A DNA stretch of 64,000 nucleotides from Alphaproteobacteria bacterium (GCA_017993335.1 JAGOMX010000003.1:790-64789); one strand, 5' to 3'; positions 36,743 through 46,461 are shown, counted from the first letter of the stretch. Program-made: numbers and translations. Notes: generated by a model from the sequence alone, not told the origin.

Positions 36743-39700
36743 ATGAAACTTACTGAAATTTGTATTTCTAGGCCGGTCTTATCGACAGTGTTGTCTTTGT
36801 TGCTGGTTGTCGTTGGGTATGTCAGCTATTCGCGGTTGCAGGTTCGTCAATATCCTAAAATTGACTATCCTGTGATGAGTGTGCGTACGTCTTTTGAAGG
36901 CGCCAGTCCGGACATTATTGAATCACAAATTACAAAGCCATTAGAAAATGCTCTGCTGGGTATTAATGGGATTGATACCATTACCTCTGAAAGCGGCAAT
37001 GGCGAAAGTAAGATTTCTATTGTTTTTAAAGTTAATCGTGACATTGAGGATGCGGCAAACGATGTGCGGGATAAAGTAAACCGTGCAAGGGCCAGTTTTC
37101 CCAGTGATGTAGCAAACTCGGAAATACGTAAGTCCGATGCGGATGCCGTACCGATGATGAACTTGGTTCTTTATGCGGATAACGATAAGGTGAACGTCAA
37201 TCAAATGAATGACTATGCCAAAAATGTCTTGGAGAACCAGATCCAAGTCGTCCCTGGTGTGGCGGCGGTGGACAGATGGGGGGGTGGCGAATTTAAAATG
37301 TATATTCGCCTAGATCCTTTGAAATTGGCTAACTTAAAGATATCTCCGGAAGATGTGGCGCGAGCCTTAAAGGATCAAACCTTTGAAAGACCTGCGGGTT
37401 ATTTAACGACGGACGATAAACAAATTACGGTGACGACAAAGGCGGCTTTGCGGACGGAGGAAGAGTTTAGCAATGTGGTCATTGAAGAGCGAGATGGCTA
37501 CTTAATTCGTATCAGTGATGTGGCTTCAGAAGTTAAATTTGACGCGGTAGAAAACCAGTTTTATGTGCGTTACAATGGCAAGGATGCGGTTACGATGGCT
37601 GTAACCCGCCAATCGACAGCCAATGACCTGGAAATATCTCAGGCTATCTATAAATTATTACCCAAGTTACAACGGGAAATGCCATCCGGGATGCTGTTGG
37701 ATGTGGCGAGTGATAACTCTATCTTTATTGAAAGATCTGTAGATGAGGTTTATGAAACCATCGTTATTGCCTTTATCCTTGTATTGCTAGTGATCCTGGT
37801 GTTTTTGCGTTCGGTGCGTGGTGCGGTGATTGTCTTGCTGCCTATACCGCTATCGTTGATTGGGGCTTGCGCCATTATATATGTGTTCGGATTTAGTATT
37901 AACATTCTGACTCTTTTAGCGATGGTTATGGCCATTGGCCTGGTGGTGGATGACGCCATTGTCGTTTTGGAAAACATCTATCGATACATAGAAGACGGCA
38001 TGGAGCCTATGGCGGCGGCCTATAAAGGATCCAAAGAAATTGCTTCAGCCGTTGTTGCCATGACGATTACGTTGGCAGCGGTGTATTTGCCCATTGCTAT
38101 GTCGCCGGGTGAAACGGGAAAAACCTTTACAGAATTTGCCGTAACGTTAGCTGGGGCTGTATTGATATCGGGTTTCGTGGCCTTGACTCTGTCGCCGATG
38201 ATGTGTTCGCGGTTTTTGAAAAAGCATGCGGAAATAAAAGAATTAAAATTCATCGAGAATTTTTTAAATCGAGTGGACGAGCGGTACGTGAGTTCCTTGA
38301 AAAAAACATCTAGAATTACCATCCTTTTGTGTGGTTTTGGTATTGCGGCGTTTGGTGCTGTCGTGGGCATTAACATGAAACAAGATGCCTCCACCCCCGA
38401 AGACCAAGGTACGATTAAGGCTACGGCGTTTCCGCCTAAAGGTGCCAGTTTAGCTTATATCAGCAAGTATATGACACAAGCTGAAAAAATAATCATGGAT
38501 GATGAAGAATGGCCAGGCCGCAAGGCATTTGTAAAGGATCTCTTGCCAATCTTGGAGTCTATCAACAAGTATGTGACACAAGCTGAAAAAATAATTAAGA
38601 AAGAGGGCGAATGGAAGGGTAGCGAGCCATTTGCAACGAATTTTCTGTCGATCTTCGTTGGTGTCAATAAGCATGTGGCCGTTGCCGAAACAATAATAGA
38701 GGACATGAAAAAAGGAAATGGCGGACAGCAGTCTGTCGCCGATCTCTCGTCGAATTTAGTTTTTATCAATAAGTATATGACATTAGCTGAAAAGATGATC
38801 AAGGAAGAGGAAGCAAAAAATGGGGCCAAGCCATCTCTAGCCGATCTCTTATCGGCCTTTGTTTCGATCAACAAGTATGTAGCGCAGGCTGGAAAAATAA
38901 TTACAGACGAGCAGAAAGAGCATGATGGCAAACGATCTGTAACCAAGCTATTATCCATAATTCAAACTCGTGGTGATACTTCGTTTAGAGGTGTTTTGTT
39001 GCCATGGGAGGAAAGATCTCGTTCCTCTATGAAAATTGCGGAAGCTTTGCAACCCAGATTAAAGGATATTACAGGGTTATCGTTAAATTTAAGGGGATTT
39101 GGTCGTTCCTTTGGCGGTGGATCAAAAGATAAACCCGTGAGTCTCGTCATTCAGTCTAATAAGTCATATGAAGATTTAATATCCGTTTTTGCGCAGTTTG
39201 CCTCGAACTTATCCAAGATGCCGGGTATAGCTGAGCGTAGCGTGGAGCAGACGAACTTATCCGAAGAACAAGAATATGCGATTAGAATTGATCGAGAAAA
39301 AGCTGCCTCTTTAAATGTGGATGTTATTCGCGTCGGTGAGACATTAGATACTCTGATCAGTGGGCGTCCTGTGACCTTCTTTAAATCCGATAGTATTCGT
39401 TATCCTGTAACCGTAGAGCTGGATCAGCAATATAGAAAAACACGGGAAGATATATCGGCCTTATACATCCGTAGTGTGCGCAACAACAAGGCGACGATGG
39501 TTCCTTTGACGGAGATCGTTTCCGTAGAGCGCCAGTTAGTGCCGCCATTAATTGCGCACGTGGGCGGTTTGCGTGCTTTAAGTATCTGGGCGGATGTGGA
39601 GTCGGGCTATGGTTTGGGTGACGTGTTGAACCGAGCGCAGGAAATGGCGTTTAACACATTACCAGAAGGTTCCCGTATGGAGTTTGTGGGCGGAAGTAAA

Positions 39701-40294
39701 AGCTTTTTAGAAGAAAGCGCAAACCTGATCTGGATTTTTGTCTTCGCGATCGTATTCATCTATTTGGTCTTGTCCGCACAGTATGAAAGCTTTATTGATC
39801 CGTTAATTATTATGATCAGCGTGCCTTTGTCATTGGTGGGTGGTATTCTGTTCTTGCTGGTGTTTGGTGGATCTTTCCAGTCCTCCGTATTGTTTATCGA
39901 AACAACAGGTACATTAACGATATTTGCAAAAATTGGTTTAGTGACCTTGATAGGTTTGATCACCAAGCATGGTATTCTGATTGTGGAATTTGCAAACGCG
40001 AAAGTTGCAGAAGGTAAAGACAGAATTTCCGCCGTTGTAGAAGCCGCCGGCGTTCGATTGCGCCCCATATTGATGACAACCTTTGCTATGGTATTAGGGG
40101 CTGTCCCCCTCGTTCTGGCCGATGGCGCCGGCAGCGAATCCCGCCGGCAAATTGGATCGGTTATCGTGGGTGGCATGTCTTTGGGAACGATCTTTACCCT
40201 ATACGTCGTCCCAGCCGTATATGTATATGTGACGACGGAAAACATAAAATACGTGCTGACGCTACAATTCTTGCGCAAAATGAAAGTGGCTTAA
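36743..40294 (+). CDS. RND-family efflux pump (AcrB/HAE1-like) carrying a ~190-aa tandem-repeat insertion in periplasmic loop 2
   Basis: 1183 aa, i.e. ~140 aa longer than canonical AcrB. It has 12 TM segments in two 6-TM bundles and the PEDQG motif after TM7. Five ~39-aa repeats are then inserted (L..x..INKYVxQAEKII...G....L) before the conserved sequence resumes. Confidence 0.9.
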   Translation: MKLTEICISRPVLSTVLSLLLVVVGYVSYSRLQVRQYPKIDYPVMSVRTSFEGASPDIIESQITKPLENALLGINGIDTITSESGNGESKISIVFKVNRDIEDAANDVRDKVNRARASFPSDVANSEIRKSDADAVPMMNLVLYADNDKVNVNQMNDYAKNVLENQIQVVPGVAAVDRWGGGEFKMYIRLDPLKLANLKISPEDVARALKDQTFERPAGYLTTDDKQITVTTKAALRTEEEFSNVVIEERDGYLIRISDVASEVKFDAVENQFYVRYNGKDAVTMAVTRQSTANDLEISQAIYKLLPKLQREMPSGMLLDVASDNSIFIERSVDEVYETIVIAFILVLLVILVFLRSVRGAVIVLLPIPLSLIGACAIIYVFGFSINILTLLAMVMAIGLVVDDAIVVLENIYRYIEDGMEPMAAAYKGSKEIASAVVAMTITLAAVYLPIAMSPGETGKTFTEFAVTLAGAVLISGFVALTLSPMMCSRFLKKHAEIKELKFIENFLNRVDERYVSSLKKTSRITILLCGFGIAAFGAVVGINMKQDASTPEDQGTIKATAFPPKGASLAYISKYMTQAEKIIMDDEEWPGRKAFVKDLLPILESINKYVTQAEKIIKKEGEWKGSEPFATNFLSIFVGVNKHVAVAETIIEDMKKGNGGQQSVADLSSNLVFINKYMTLAEKMIKEEEAKNGAKPSLADLLSAFVSINKYVAQAGKIITDEQKEHDGKRSVTKLLSIIQTRGDTSFRGVLLPWEERSRSSMKIAEALQPRLKDITGLSLNLRGFGRSFGGGSKDKPVSLVIQSNKSYEDLISVFAQFASNLSKMPGIAERSVEQTNLSEEQEYAIRIDREKAASLNVDVIRVGETLDTLISGRPVTFFKSDSIRYPVTVELDQQYRKTREDISALYIRSVRNNKATMVPLTEIVSVERQLVPPLIAHVGGLRALSIWADVESGYGLGDVLNRAQEMAFNTLPEGSRMEFVGGSKSFLEESANLIWIFVFAIVFIYLVLSAQYESFIDPLIIMISVPLSLVGGILFLLVFGGSFQSSVLFIETTGTLTIFAKIGLVTLIGLITKHGILIVEFANAKVAEGKDRISAVVEAAGVRLRPILMTTFAMVLGAVPLVLADGAGSESRRQIGSVIVGGMSLGTIFTLYVVPAVYVYVTTENIKYVLTLQFLRKMKVA
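38440..38960 (+). repeat. Intragenic tandem repeat (~117-nt unit x ~5) within the RND pump gene
   Basis: Repeated nucleotide blocks ...atcaacaagtatgtgacacaagctgaaaaaataat... encode the INKY..AEKII protein repeat. Confidence 0.7.
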
Positions 40295-40320
40295 GAAGGT
40301 CATTTTATAACATATTGTTG

Positions 40321-40528
40321 TAGACTAAGTATGCAGCCCCGTCATCCTGATCGAAGCTCAGCGTTAGCTGAGTGAGAGAAGGATCCAGGCACACAAGTGC
40401 CACTTTAGTGGCTCTATATAGTCTATAAAGAGTCGCTTTCGCGACGCTCTTGCGCCTGGATTCTTCGCTAACTCCGCTGGCGCGGAGCCGCACTCAGAAT
40501 GACGGGAGGGGGTAATGATACTTATTTA
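40321..40528. mobile_element. MITE-like element, family B (copy B1)
   Basis: TIRs are ccccgtcatcctga ... tcagaatgacggg. Its two arms are reverse complements of the arms of the copy at 51731-51932 (opposite orientation), and it has flanking atgatacttattta-type sequence. Confidence 0.6.
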
Positions 40529-40562
40529 GGATAAATAGTTCTATTTTACGTGACGTTCCGTT

Positions 40563-41678
40563 CTACCCGCCAATCTCCACCAGCTCATAGGCGGTGCTTC
40601 GGCCGCCGGCTGTGCCTTTTTTTAGGATATTTTTTTCGATGAGGTCTTGGATATCGCGGGAGGCAGAGTCTTGTGAGCATTTGCACATTTTTGCCCATTT
40701 GGTTGAGGTAAGGCTGCCGTATAGTTTTTCGTCTAGAAGGTGATTCAACATAAACCTTTGGCGCTCGTTCAGGTGCATCTTATTTAAGGTATTCCAATAG
40801 TGTGTCTTATGAAAAACCCGATTGAGGCTGTCATTTGCGGTTTGGACGGCGCGTAATAAACAGTTGAGGTACCACTCTAACCAATAGGTTATATCCATAT
40901 GGGTATTTTTTTGTGTATGTTCTAGATGTTGGTAATAGTCTTCCCGTTCCTTTTGAATTTGTGCCGATAAGCTATAAAATCGTTTAGACGTATTTTCTGA
41001 ACGTGCCAACAGTAAGTCGCATAAAGCCCTGCCTATGCGGCCATTGCCATCATCGAAGGGGTGAATGGTTTCAAACCATATATGAGCAATCCCTGCCTTT
41101 AGAACTAAATCTATGTTTTGATCTTCATTGTACCAATCCATAAAACGTTGCATTTCTTGTGGAACAATTTCTGGTGACGGAGCCTGAAAATGGATGCGTT
41201 CTTTGCCCATGCGACCAGAAACGATTTGCATAACGCCTTTGCGCCAATCGGCTATGGTGATTTTGTTGAAACCACTGCGGCCTCCTGGAAATAAAAGGCT
41301 ATGCCAGGCGAATAGCCGATCTGGGGTTAAGGGGTGTTGGTAGTTCGTGGTTGCGTCCAGGACCATCTCGACAACACCATCTACGTCCCGGGGTGAGGAT
41401 ATAAGACCCGCTGTGTCTAACCCTAAATGCCTGGCAACGGAAGATCGCACTTGCTCATAGTTGAGGTGTTCACCTTCAATTTCGCTGGATTTTATAACAT
41501 CATTTGTATAGGTCAACAACATGGTTTCGCGTCGTAAGTCAAAGCCAGTCGCCTCCATGCGTCCGCCTAGCATGCCTTGTTGATAACGAAACTGTGCGAG
41601 CAAATTACCAATACGGGCGCTATCCCAAATAAACTGAGGCCATTGGGGGAGTTGATGTATGTAGGTCACGTGATCCAT
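40563..41678 (-). CDS. Fic-family protein (class II, with N-terminal inhibitory helix)
   Basis: 371 aa. The core Fic motif is HPFDDGNGRIGRAL. An upstream SSEIEG sequence fits the [ST]xxxE[GN] inhibitory motif. The C-terminus has a winged-helix-like domain. Confidence 0.85.
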   Translation of the reverse strand: MDHVTYIHQLPQWPQFIWDSARIGNLLAQFRYQQGMLGGRMEATGFDLRRETMLLTYTNDVIKSSEIEGEHLNYEQVRSSVARHLGLDTAGLISSPRDVDGVVEMVLDATTNYQHPLTPDRLFAWHSLLFPGGRSGFNKITIADWRKGVMQIVSGRMGKERIHFQAPSPEIVPQEMQRFMDWYNEDQNIDLVLKAGIAHIWFETIHPFDDGNGRIGRALCDLLLARSENTSKRFYSLSAQIQKEREDYYQHLEHTQKNTHMDITYWLEWYLNCLLRAVQTANDSLNRVFHKTHYWNTLNKMHLNERQRFMLNHLLDEKLYGSLTSTKWAKMCKCSQDSASRDIQDLIEKNILKKGTAGGRSTAYELVEIGG

Positions 41679-41730
41679 GATGTGTTTGGCTATAATTTAT
41701 TATTTGAATACCCTCATTATATCACCCTTA

Positions 41731-41868
41731 TGCGGAGTTTGCTAGCATAATCACCGCATTCTTTGCGGATATTGTGCCGAGTATTCTCCGCATTCTTTAT
41801 AAAATTGCGGAGAATAGGGGGTGTAATATACGCAAAGAATGCGGAGAATGTCTGGGTTATTCTCCGCA
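41731..41868. promoter_or_regulatory. Array of ≥6 copies, in both orientations, of a 10-bp motif ATTCTCCGCA / TGCGGAGAAT (with a variant CCGCATTCTTTGCGG) in the fic / SBP divergent promoter region
   Basis: Read directly. Motif copies at 41731, 41755-41769, 41783-41798, 41806-41815, 41831-41850 and 41859-41868 form nested inverted repeats. Confidence 0.35.
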
Positions 41869-41939
41869 GGCTAAATTTTTTTACGTGATGTCCGAATAGG
41901 AAAAACTTGTCATTCCAGTCTGAAGGCGGTAGTGTTATC

Positions 41940-42731
41940 ATGACTTTAAAAAAGGAAAATATGATGTTAAATAAAGTATTTTGCACGCTTTTTCTCGTCC
42001 CCTTGTTGTTGGTTGGATGTGGTGAAGAAAAAAAAGAAAACGCCGGTTCTAAACCTAAACTCTCGATGGTGACATCTGCGGATTACCCGCCTTTTGAATT
42101 TTTTATAACGGAAGGCTCCAGTGCTAAAATAGCTGGCTTAGACATGGATATTGCCCATCGTGTTGCCGAATACTTGGGCTATGAAATAGAAACGAAGGAT
42201 GTGGATTTTACAACTGTGATTCCTTTGGTGCAATCCGGGCAGGCAGATTTTGCGATGGCGGGCATAACGCCGACACAGGACCGTGAGAAAGATCTTTCCT
42301 TCAGCCAGCCTTATTACTTTATGAACAATGTGATGATCCATCGTATCGACAACGATTTTATTCGGCGAGGCGATTACAAAGGCGTACGCATTATTGTGCA
42401 ATTGGGATCGTTGCATGAGCAATATGCCAAGATATGGCAGCAACAAAACCCGGGCTCGACGGTTTTAACGTTAAATAAGTTAGGTGATGCGGTGCAAGAA
42501 CTTCTTGCGGGCAGGGCAGATGGCATTATTTGTGATGAAACGCCATCTAAGTCCTATATAAGCAAATATAGTCAGGAACTGACCATGCAAAATTTAGAAG
42601 GGGAAAGCTTTGGGCTTGCCATTGCTTTTAAGAAGGGCTCTCCCTTGGTGATCGATTTTAATCGAGCTTTGGATCATCTAAATGAGATTGGAGCGTTGGA
42701 CGAAATTATCAATAAATGGCTAGCGCAGTAG
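41940..42731 (+). CDS. Amino-acid ABC-transporter-type periplasmic substrate-binding lipoprotein (SBP family 3)
   Basis: Signal peptide plus lipobox (LLLVGCGEE). The SBP_bac_3 pattern is present (SADYPPFEF...GLDMDIAHRVAEYLG...GITPTQDRE). I trimmed the start to the first ATG (MTLKK); the ORF-track start is a TTG. Confidence 0.75.
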   Translation: MTLKKENMMLNKVFCTLFLVPLLLVGCGEEKKENAGSKPKLSMVTSADYPPFEFFITEGSSAKIAGLDMDIAHRVAEYLGYEIETKDVDFTTVIPLVQSGQADFAMAGITPTQDREKDLSFSQPYYFMNNVMIHRIDNDFIRRGDYKGVRIIVQLGSLHEQYAKIWQQQNPGSTVLTLNKLGDAVQELLAGRADGIICDETPSKSYISKYSQELTMQNLEGESFGLAIAFKKGSPLVIDFNRALDHLNEIGALDEIINKWLAQ

Positions 42732-42771
42732 GTTGTTTGTCTATTAAACGTTAAGATAAAAGGTATTAAGA

Positions 42772-43605
42772 ATGAATCATGTGGTTTTAATAGATTGTCC
42801 AGATGGTAAGGGGTTGATTTCGAAGATAACGAACGTGCTCTTTCAGAATGATTTAAATATCGTTGCCAATGGCGAATATGTAGATCGGCAACATAACTTA
42901 TTTTTTATGCGCACGGAGGTAGAAGGCCAGGTGCGCCAGGATAAGCTGCAATCGGAGCTAGAGGCCGTTCTGCCTGCGGGGGCTCATGTAAGGATTTCCT
43001 CACAAACTCCGAAGAAAATTGTTCTGATCGCAACCAAGGAAGCTCATTGTTTAGGGGATTTATTGGTGCGTTGTTGGCATGGCGGTCTGAATGCTCATGT
43101 GCAAGCGGTCGTCAGTAACCATGATGTCTTAAAAGATTTAGTCAATCGTTTTGATATTCCCTATCATTTCATCCCTCATGAGGGCATGGAGCGTCGTGCG
43201 CATGAAATAGAGCTGGAGCATATTTTGGATGCTTATCAACCCGATTATATTGTTCTGGCCAAATATATGCGTATCCTGTCGGAAGAGTTTACGGCTAAGT
43301 ATGAGCATAGAATGATAAACATTCATCATTCCTTCTTGCCAGCTTTTATCGGGGCTAAACCTTATCAGCAAGCCTTTGTGCGCGGGGTGAAAATTATTGG
43401 GGCTACGGCGCATTTTGTTAATTCTGATTTAGACGAGGGGCCTATTATTACCCAGCAAGTTATACCCGTCGATCATGCTTTCAGCGCAGAGGATATGGCT
43501 AAAGCGGGTGAAGACGTGGAAAAAATTACGCTATCGAATGCCTTGCGACTCGTCCTGGAGGATAGAGTGTTCGTCAGCGGTAACCGCACGGTGGTATTTG
43601 ATTAG
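42772..43605 (+). CDS. purU: Formyltetrahydrofolate deformylase
   Basis: 277 aa with an N-terminal ACT domain and a formyltransferase core (HHSFLPAF, GAKPYQQA, GATAHFV). Confidence 0.85.
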   Translation: MNHVVLIDCPDGKGLISKITNVLFQNDLNIVANGEYVDRQHNLFFMRTEVEGQVRQDKLQSELEAVLPAGAHVRISSQTPKKIVLIATKEAHCLGDLLVRCWHGGLNAHVQAVVSNHDVLKDLVNRFDIPYHFIPHEGMERRAHEIELEHILDAYQPDYIVLAKYMRILSEEFTAKYEHRMINIHHSFLPAFIGAKPYQQAFVRGVKIIGATAHFVNSDLDEGPIITQQVIPVDHAFSAEDMAKAGEDVEKITLSNALRLVLEDRVFVSGNRTVVFD

Positions 43606-43628
43606 ACGCAATTCAGAAAGGTTTTTTT

Positions 43629-44822
43629 ATGTCATCGACGTATGTACAATATTTAGAAGATGAGTTGGTTGTATTAAAAGAATCTGGTCTTTTTAAGGCA
43701 GAAAAAACAATTTCCTCCCAACAATCCTCGCACATCGAGGTGCTTGGTGCGCGACATGAGGAAATTATTAACCTGTGTGCGAATAATTATTTAGGCTTGG
43801 CGAATCATCGTGAAATTATAGATGCCGCCCATGAATCCCTAGAAGACTTCGGTCATGGCATGGCATCGGTTCGCTTTATTTGTGGTACGCAGCTACCCCA
43901 TAAAAGATTAGAAGAGCGCCTGAGTCAGTTTTTGCAGAAAGAGGATACGATCGTATATTCTTCGTGTTACAGTGCGACGTTGGGATTGTTTCAGGCTTTA
44001 ATGGGCCCGGAGGATGCAATTATAAGTGATGCCTTAAATCATGCCTGTTTAATTGATGGCATACGGTTAAGCAAAGCTGAAAAACATGTGTATGTGCACG
44101 GGGATATGGCGGATTTGGAGGCCAAGCTTCAGCAAACTCAAGGCGCTCGTTTTCGTTTGATCGCTACGGACGGCGTTTTTTCTATGGATGGTTATGTGGC
44201 TAAATTACCTGAGATTTGCGATTTGGCTGAAAAATATAACGCTTTAGTTATGGTGGATGACTCACACGGGGTCGGAGTTTTGGGTGAAAAAGGCGCAGGA
44301 AGCCCAGATTTTATGGGAGTTGCGGATCGTGTGGACATTTTAACGGGTACATTGGGAAAAGCTTTGGGTGGTTCTGCTGGTGGCTATGTGGCGGGTCAGC
44401 GCCCTGTGATTGAATGGTTGCGACAAAAATCGAGGACGTATTTATTTTCCAATTCATTGCCCCCAGTTTTATGCGCAGGCTCGATCAAAGCCATAGATTT
44501 GGTTGAGCAAAGCGATACCTTGTTGAAGACTTTACAAGAAAATTCCCAGTATTTCCGCCGGGAAATGGAAGCTTTAGGGTTTCAGTTGTTGCCAGGAGCG
44601 CACCCTATTATCCCCATTATGTTAGGGGATGCGAAGCAGGCACAACTTATGGCGGCGCAGCTATACGAAGAAGGTATTTATGTGGTTGGTTTTTCCTATC
44701 CGGTTGTCCCCATGGGCCAGGCCCGCATCCGTGTTCAGATTAGCGCTGCACACACTCGCCAAGACCTAGAAAAGGCAATTTTCGCTTTTGCCTGTGTGGG
44801 GCGTCGTTTAGGGATTATATAA
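43629..44822 (+). CDS. kbl: 2-amino-3-ketobutyrate CoA ligase (glycine C-acetyltransferase)
   Basis: 397 aa. It aligns along its whole length with E. coli Kbl (CANNYLGLANH, SVRFICGTQ, ATDGVFSMDG, ITGTLGKALGG, YLFSNSLPP, QARIRVQISAAHT). Confidence 0.9.
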   Translation: MSSTYVQYLEDELVVLKESGLFKAEKTISSQQSSHIEVLGARHEEIINLCANNYLGLANHREIIDAAHESLEDFGHGMASVRFICGTQLPHKRLEERLSQFLQKEDTIVYSSCYSATLGLFQALMGPEDAIISDALNHACLIDGIRLSKAEKHVYVHGDMADLEAKLQQTQGARFRLIATDGVFSMDGYVAKLPEICDLAEKYNALVMVDDSHGVGVLGEKGAGSPDFMGVADRVDILTGTLGKALGGSAGGYVAGQRPVIEWLRQKSRTYLFSNSLPPVLCAGSIKAIDLVEQSDTLLKTLQENSQYFRREMEALGFQLLPGAHPIIPIMLGDAKQAQLMAAQLYEEGIYVVGFSYPVVPMGQARIRVQISAAHTRQDLEKAIFAFACVGRRLGII

Positions 44823-44966
44823 TGAGGCCATTTCAAAACGTCTTTTTTGGGTGATTTCGTCGTCAATGTTCCGCTTCCGGTGCTCACGTACGAAGAGGTA
44901 CGCTGCGCTCCGGTTCTCACCTTTCCTATAAATTCCTCCAAAAAAGCCAATTTTGAAATGGCCTCA
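44823..44966. mobile_element. MITE-like element, family C (copy C1), abutting the kbl stop codon
   Basis: TIRs are tgaggccatttcaaaacg ... (c)agttttgaaatggcctca. It is >90% identical to the copy at 50231-50375. Confidence 0.65.
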
Positions 44967-45232
44967 TAATTTAAATCCCGTTAACTATTTATTAAATTCA
45001 TATATGTAGAATTTCCAGGTGCTAGATAGCCTCGTACGTTCAGCACAAAAGCTCGCGGAGTTTATAGTAAGACTATTTAACGCGTGCAAGGATTGTTCCA
45101 TATGGGCTCTCCTATAAATGAGAGGTGTATATTGACCTCTCATTTATTTTGATCAGATATTTTACCCTCATTTATCAAAAACATCGGATTTGCATCTGGT
45201 CAGTTGGCCTTTATCTTGCTTTAATAGAGGCG

Positions 45233-46015
45233 ATGAAAAATATATATGTCGTCAGTCTTATGTTTTTGGTGCTCTTGCCAGATCTTTTGGCGAGTAACTT
45301 GTGCACGGGGCATATTAAGCGTATCGAGAGATTAGAAGGCATTCCCCATAACCTATTGCTGGCCATGGCTCATGTGGAGTCTGGGCGTTATGATGCGACG
45401 CGGAAATCTGTTGAGCCTTGGCCGTGGACAGTGCAATCACAGGGAAAATCTAACTATTTTAATTCCCGGCACGAGGCTGTGTCTTATGTGCATGAGCTGA
45501 TGAAAAAAGGGATTAAAAATATCGATATCGGTTGTATGCAAATGAATGTGGAGCACCACAGTCATAAATTCCCCAGTATTGATCATATGTTTGATCCCGG
45601 TTTAAACGTCGGACAGGGGGCTAAATATTTAAAACAGCTAAAAGAACAAAAAAAACAAGGGTGGTCGACGGCTGTCGGTAACTATCATTCTTTTACCCCA
45701 GAATTTCATGATCGATATAAGACAAAAGTGTTCAAGAAGCTTGCGCAAGTCAACAACCAACCGGGCGTTTATTCCGCTAAACTGGAGGCCTCTAAAGGTA
45801 GTCTGTATGGCAGGTCAGAAACAACTCCAGCGGATTACAGGGTGAATGCATCGTTGTATTCATATTCTCGGTCCCATGGTTTGACAGGGGCAAGGAAGCC
45901 CGTTCAGCCGAGAATCCATAAAGTGGTTAAAAATACGACCAAAAGTCGTGTCGCTATGATGAAAAGTCGAGGAATCAAAGGTCTCGAGTTTATGGAAAAA
46001 AGTGAAGAACCATAA
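45233..46015 (+). CDS. Lytic transglycosylase (SLT-domain protein)
   Basis: Start trimmed to MKNIYVVSLMFLVLLPDLLA (signal peptide). The SLT signature LLLAMAHVESG is present, followed by a G..M..M-type catalytic region (GCMQMN). Confidence 0.7.
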   Translation: MKNIYVVSLMFLVLLPDLLASNLCTGHIKRIERLEGIPHNLLLAMAHVESGRYDATRKSVEPWPWTVQSQGKSNYFNSRHEAVSYVHELMKKGIKNIDIGCMQMNVEHHSHKFPSIDHMFDPGLNVGQGAKYLKQLKEQKKQGWSTAVGNYHSFTPEFHDRYKTKVFKKLAQVNNQPGVYSAKLEASKGSLYGRSETTPADYRVNASLYSYSRSHGLTGARKPVQPRIHKVVKNTTKSRVAMMKSRGIKGLEFMEKSEEP

Positions 46016-46035
46016 AACTCGAGAGTCGATAATCT

Positions 46036-46314
46036 TTAGGCCGCATCCTTAACCGCAGAGGCTTTTTTCTCAGCCAGGTCCAGGGCGTGCATATATGTGT
46101 CGAGCAGGTGCTCCAGCTCGCTGCGTTCGTCAGTGTTCATTTTTCTTAATTTAATGACCTGACGCATAACTTTGATATCAAAACCTGCACCTTTGGCCTC
46201 GGCAAATACTTCGCGTACGTCTTGGGATAGAGCGACCTTATCCTCTTCGAGGCGTTCAATTCTTTCAATAAATTGTCTCAAGTGTTGTGCTGTTGAATGA
46301 TCTACAGTTTCCAT
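46036..46314 (-). CDS. gapR: GapR/DUF2312-family DNA-binding protein (alphaproteobacterial nucleoid-associated protein)
   Basis: 92 aa. LRQFIERIERLEEDKVALSQDVREVFAEAKGAGFDIKVMRQVIKLRKM is a near-canonical DUF2312 sequence. Confidence 0.8.
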   Translation of the reverse strand: METVDHSTAQHLRQFIERIERLEEDKVALSQDVREVFAEAKGAGFDIKVMRQVIKLRKMNTDERSELEHLLDTYMHALDLAEKKASAVKDAA

Positions 46315-46461
46315 TGCTATTCTCCGCGAAAAAGATTACTCATTAATGATGAACCTACCATAGACCTGTCTTGCAAAAAATACAAGATGACGTCATGCTT
46401 TTTTTGCGTAATTATGGATTAGGGTAACCATAAAGTTCATCATTTACGTAAGGATAAAAAA

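Noticed and set aside
38450-38958. Two minus-strand ORFs (74 and 167 aa) antisense to the RND pump gene
   Set aside because: They lie entirely within the tandem-repeat insertion of the pump gene. Their repetitiveness mirrors the sense-strand repeats, and they have no start context or homology. They are artefacts of the repeat.
41717-41986. 89-aa minus-strand ORF between fic and the SBP gene
   Set aside because: It spans the TGCGGAGAAT motif array and overlaps the SBP gene start. A repetitive-DNA reading frame is more likely than a gene.
44735-44950. 71-aa ORF (and its near-identical twin at 50020-50349) reading MAFLEEFIGKVRTGAQRTSSYVSTGSGTLTTKSPKKDV...
   Set aside because: Both lie inside MITE family C copies. 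The identical protein comes from the repeated element, not from a conserved gene, and they are antisense and overlap the real gene ends.
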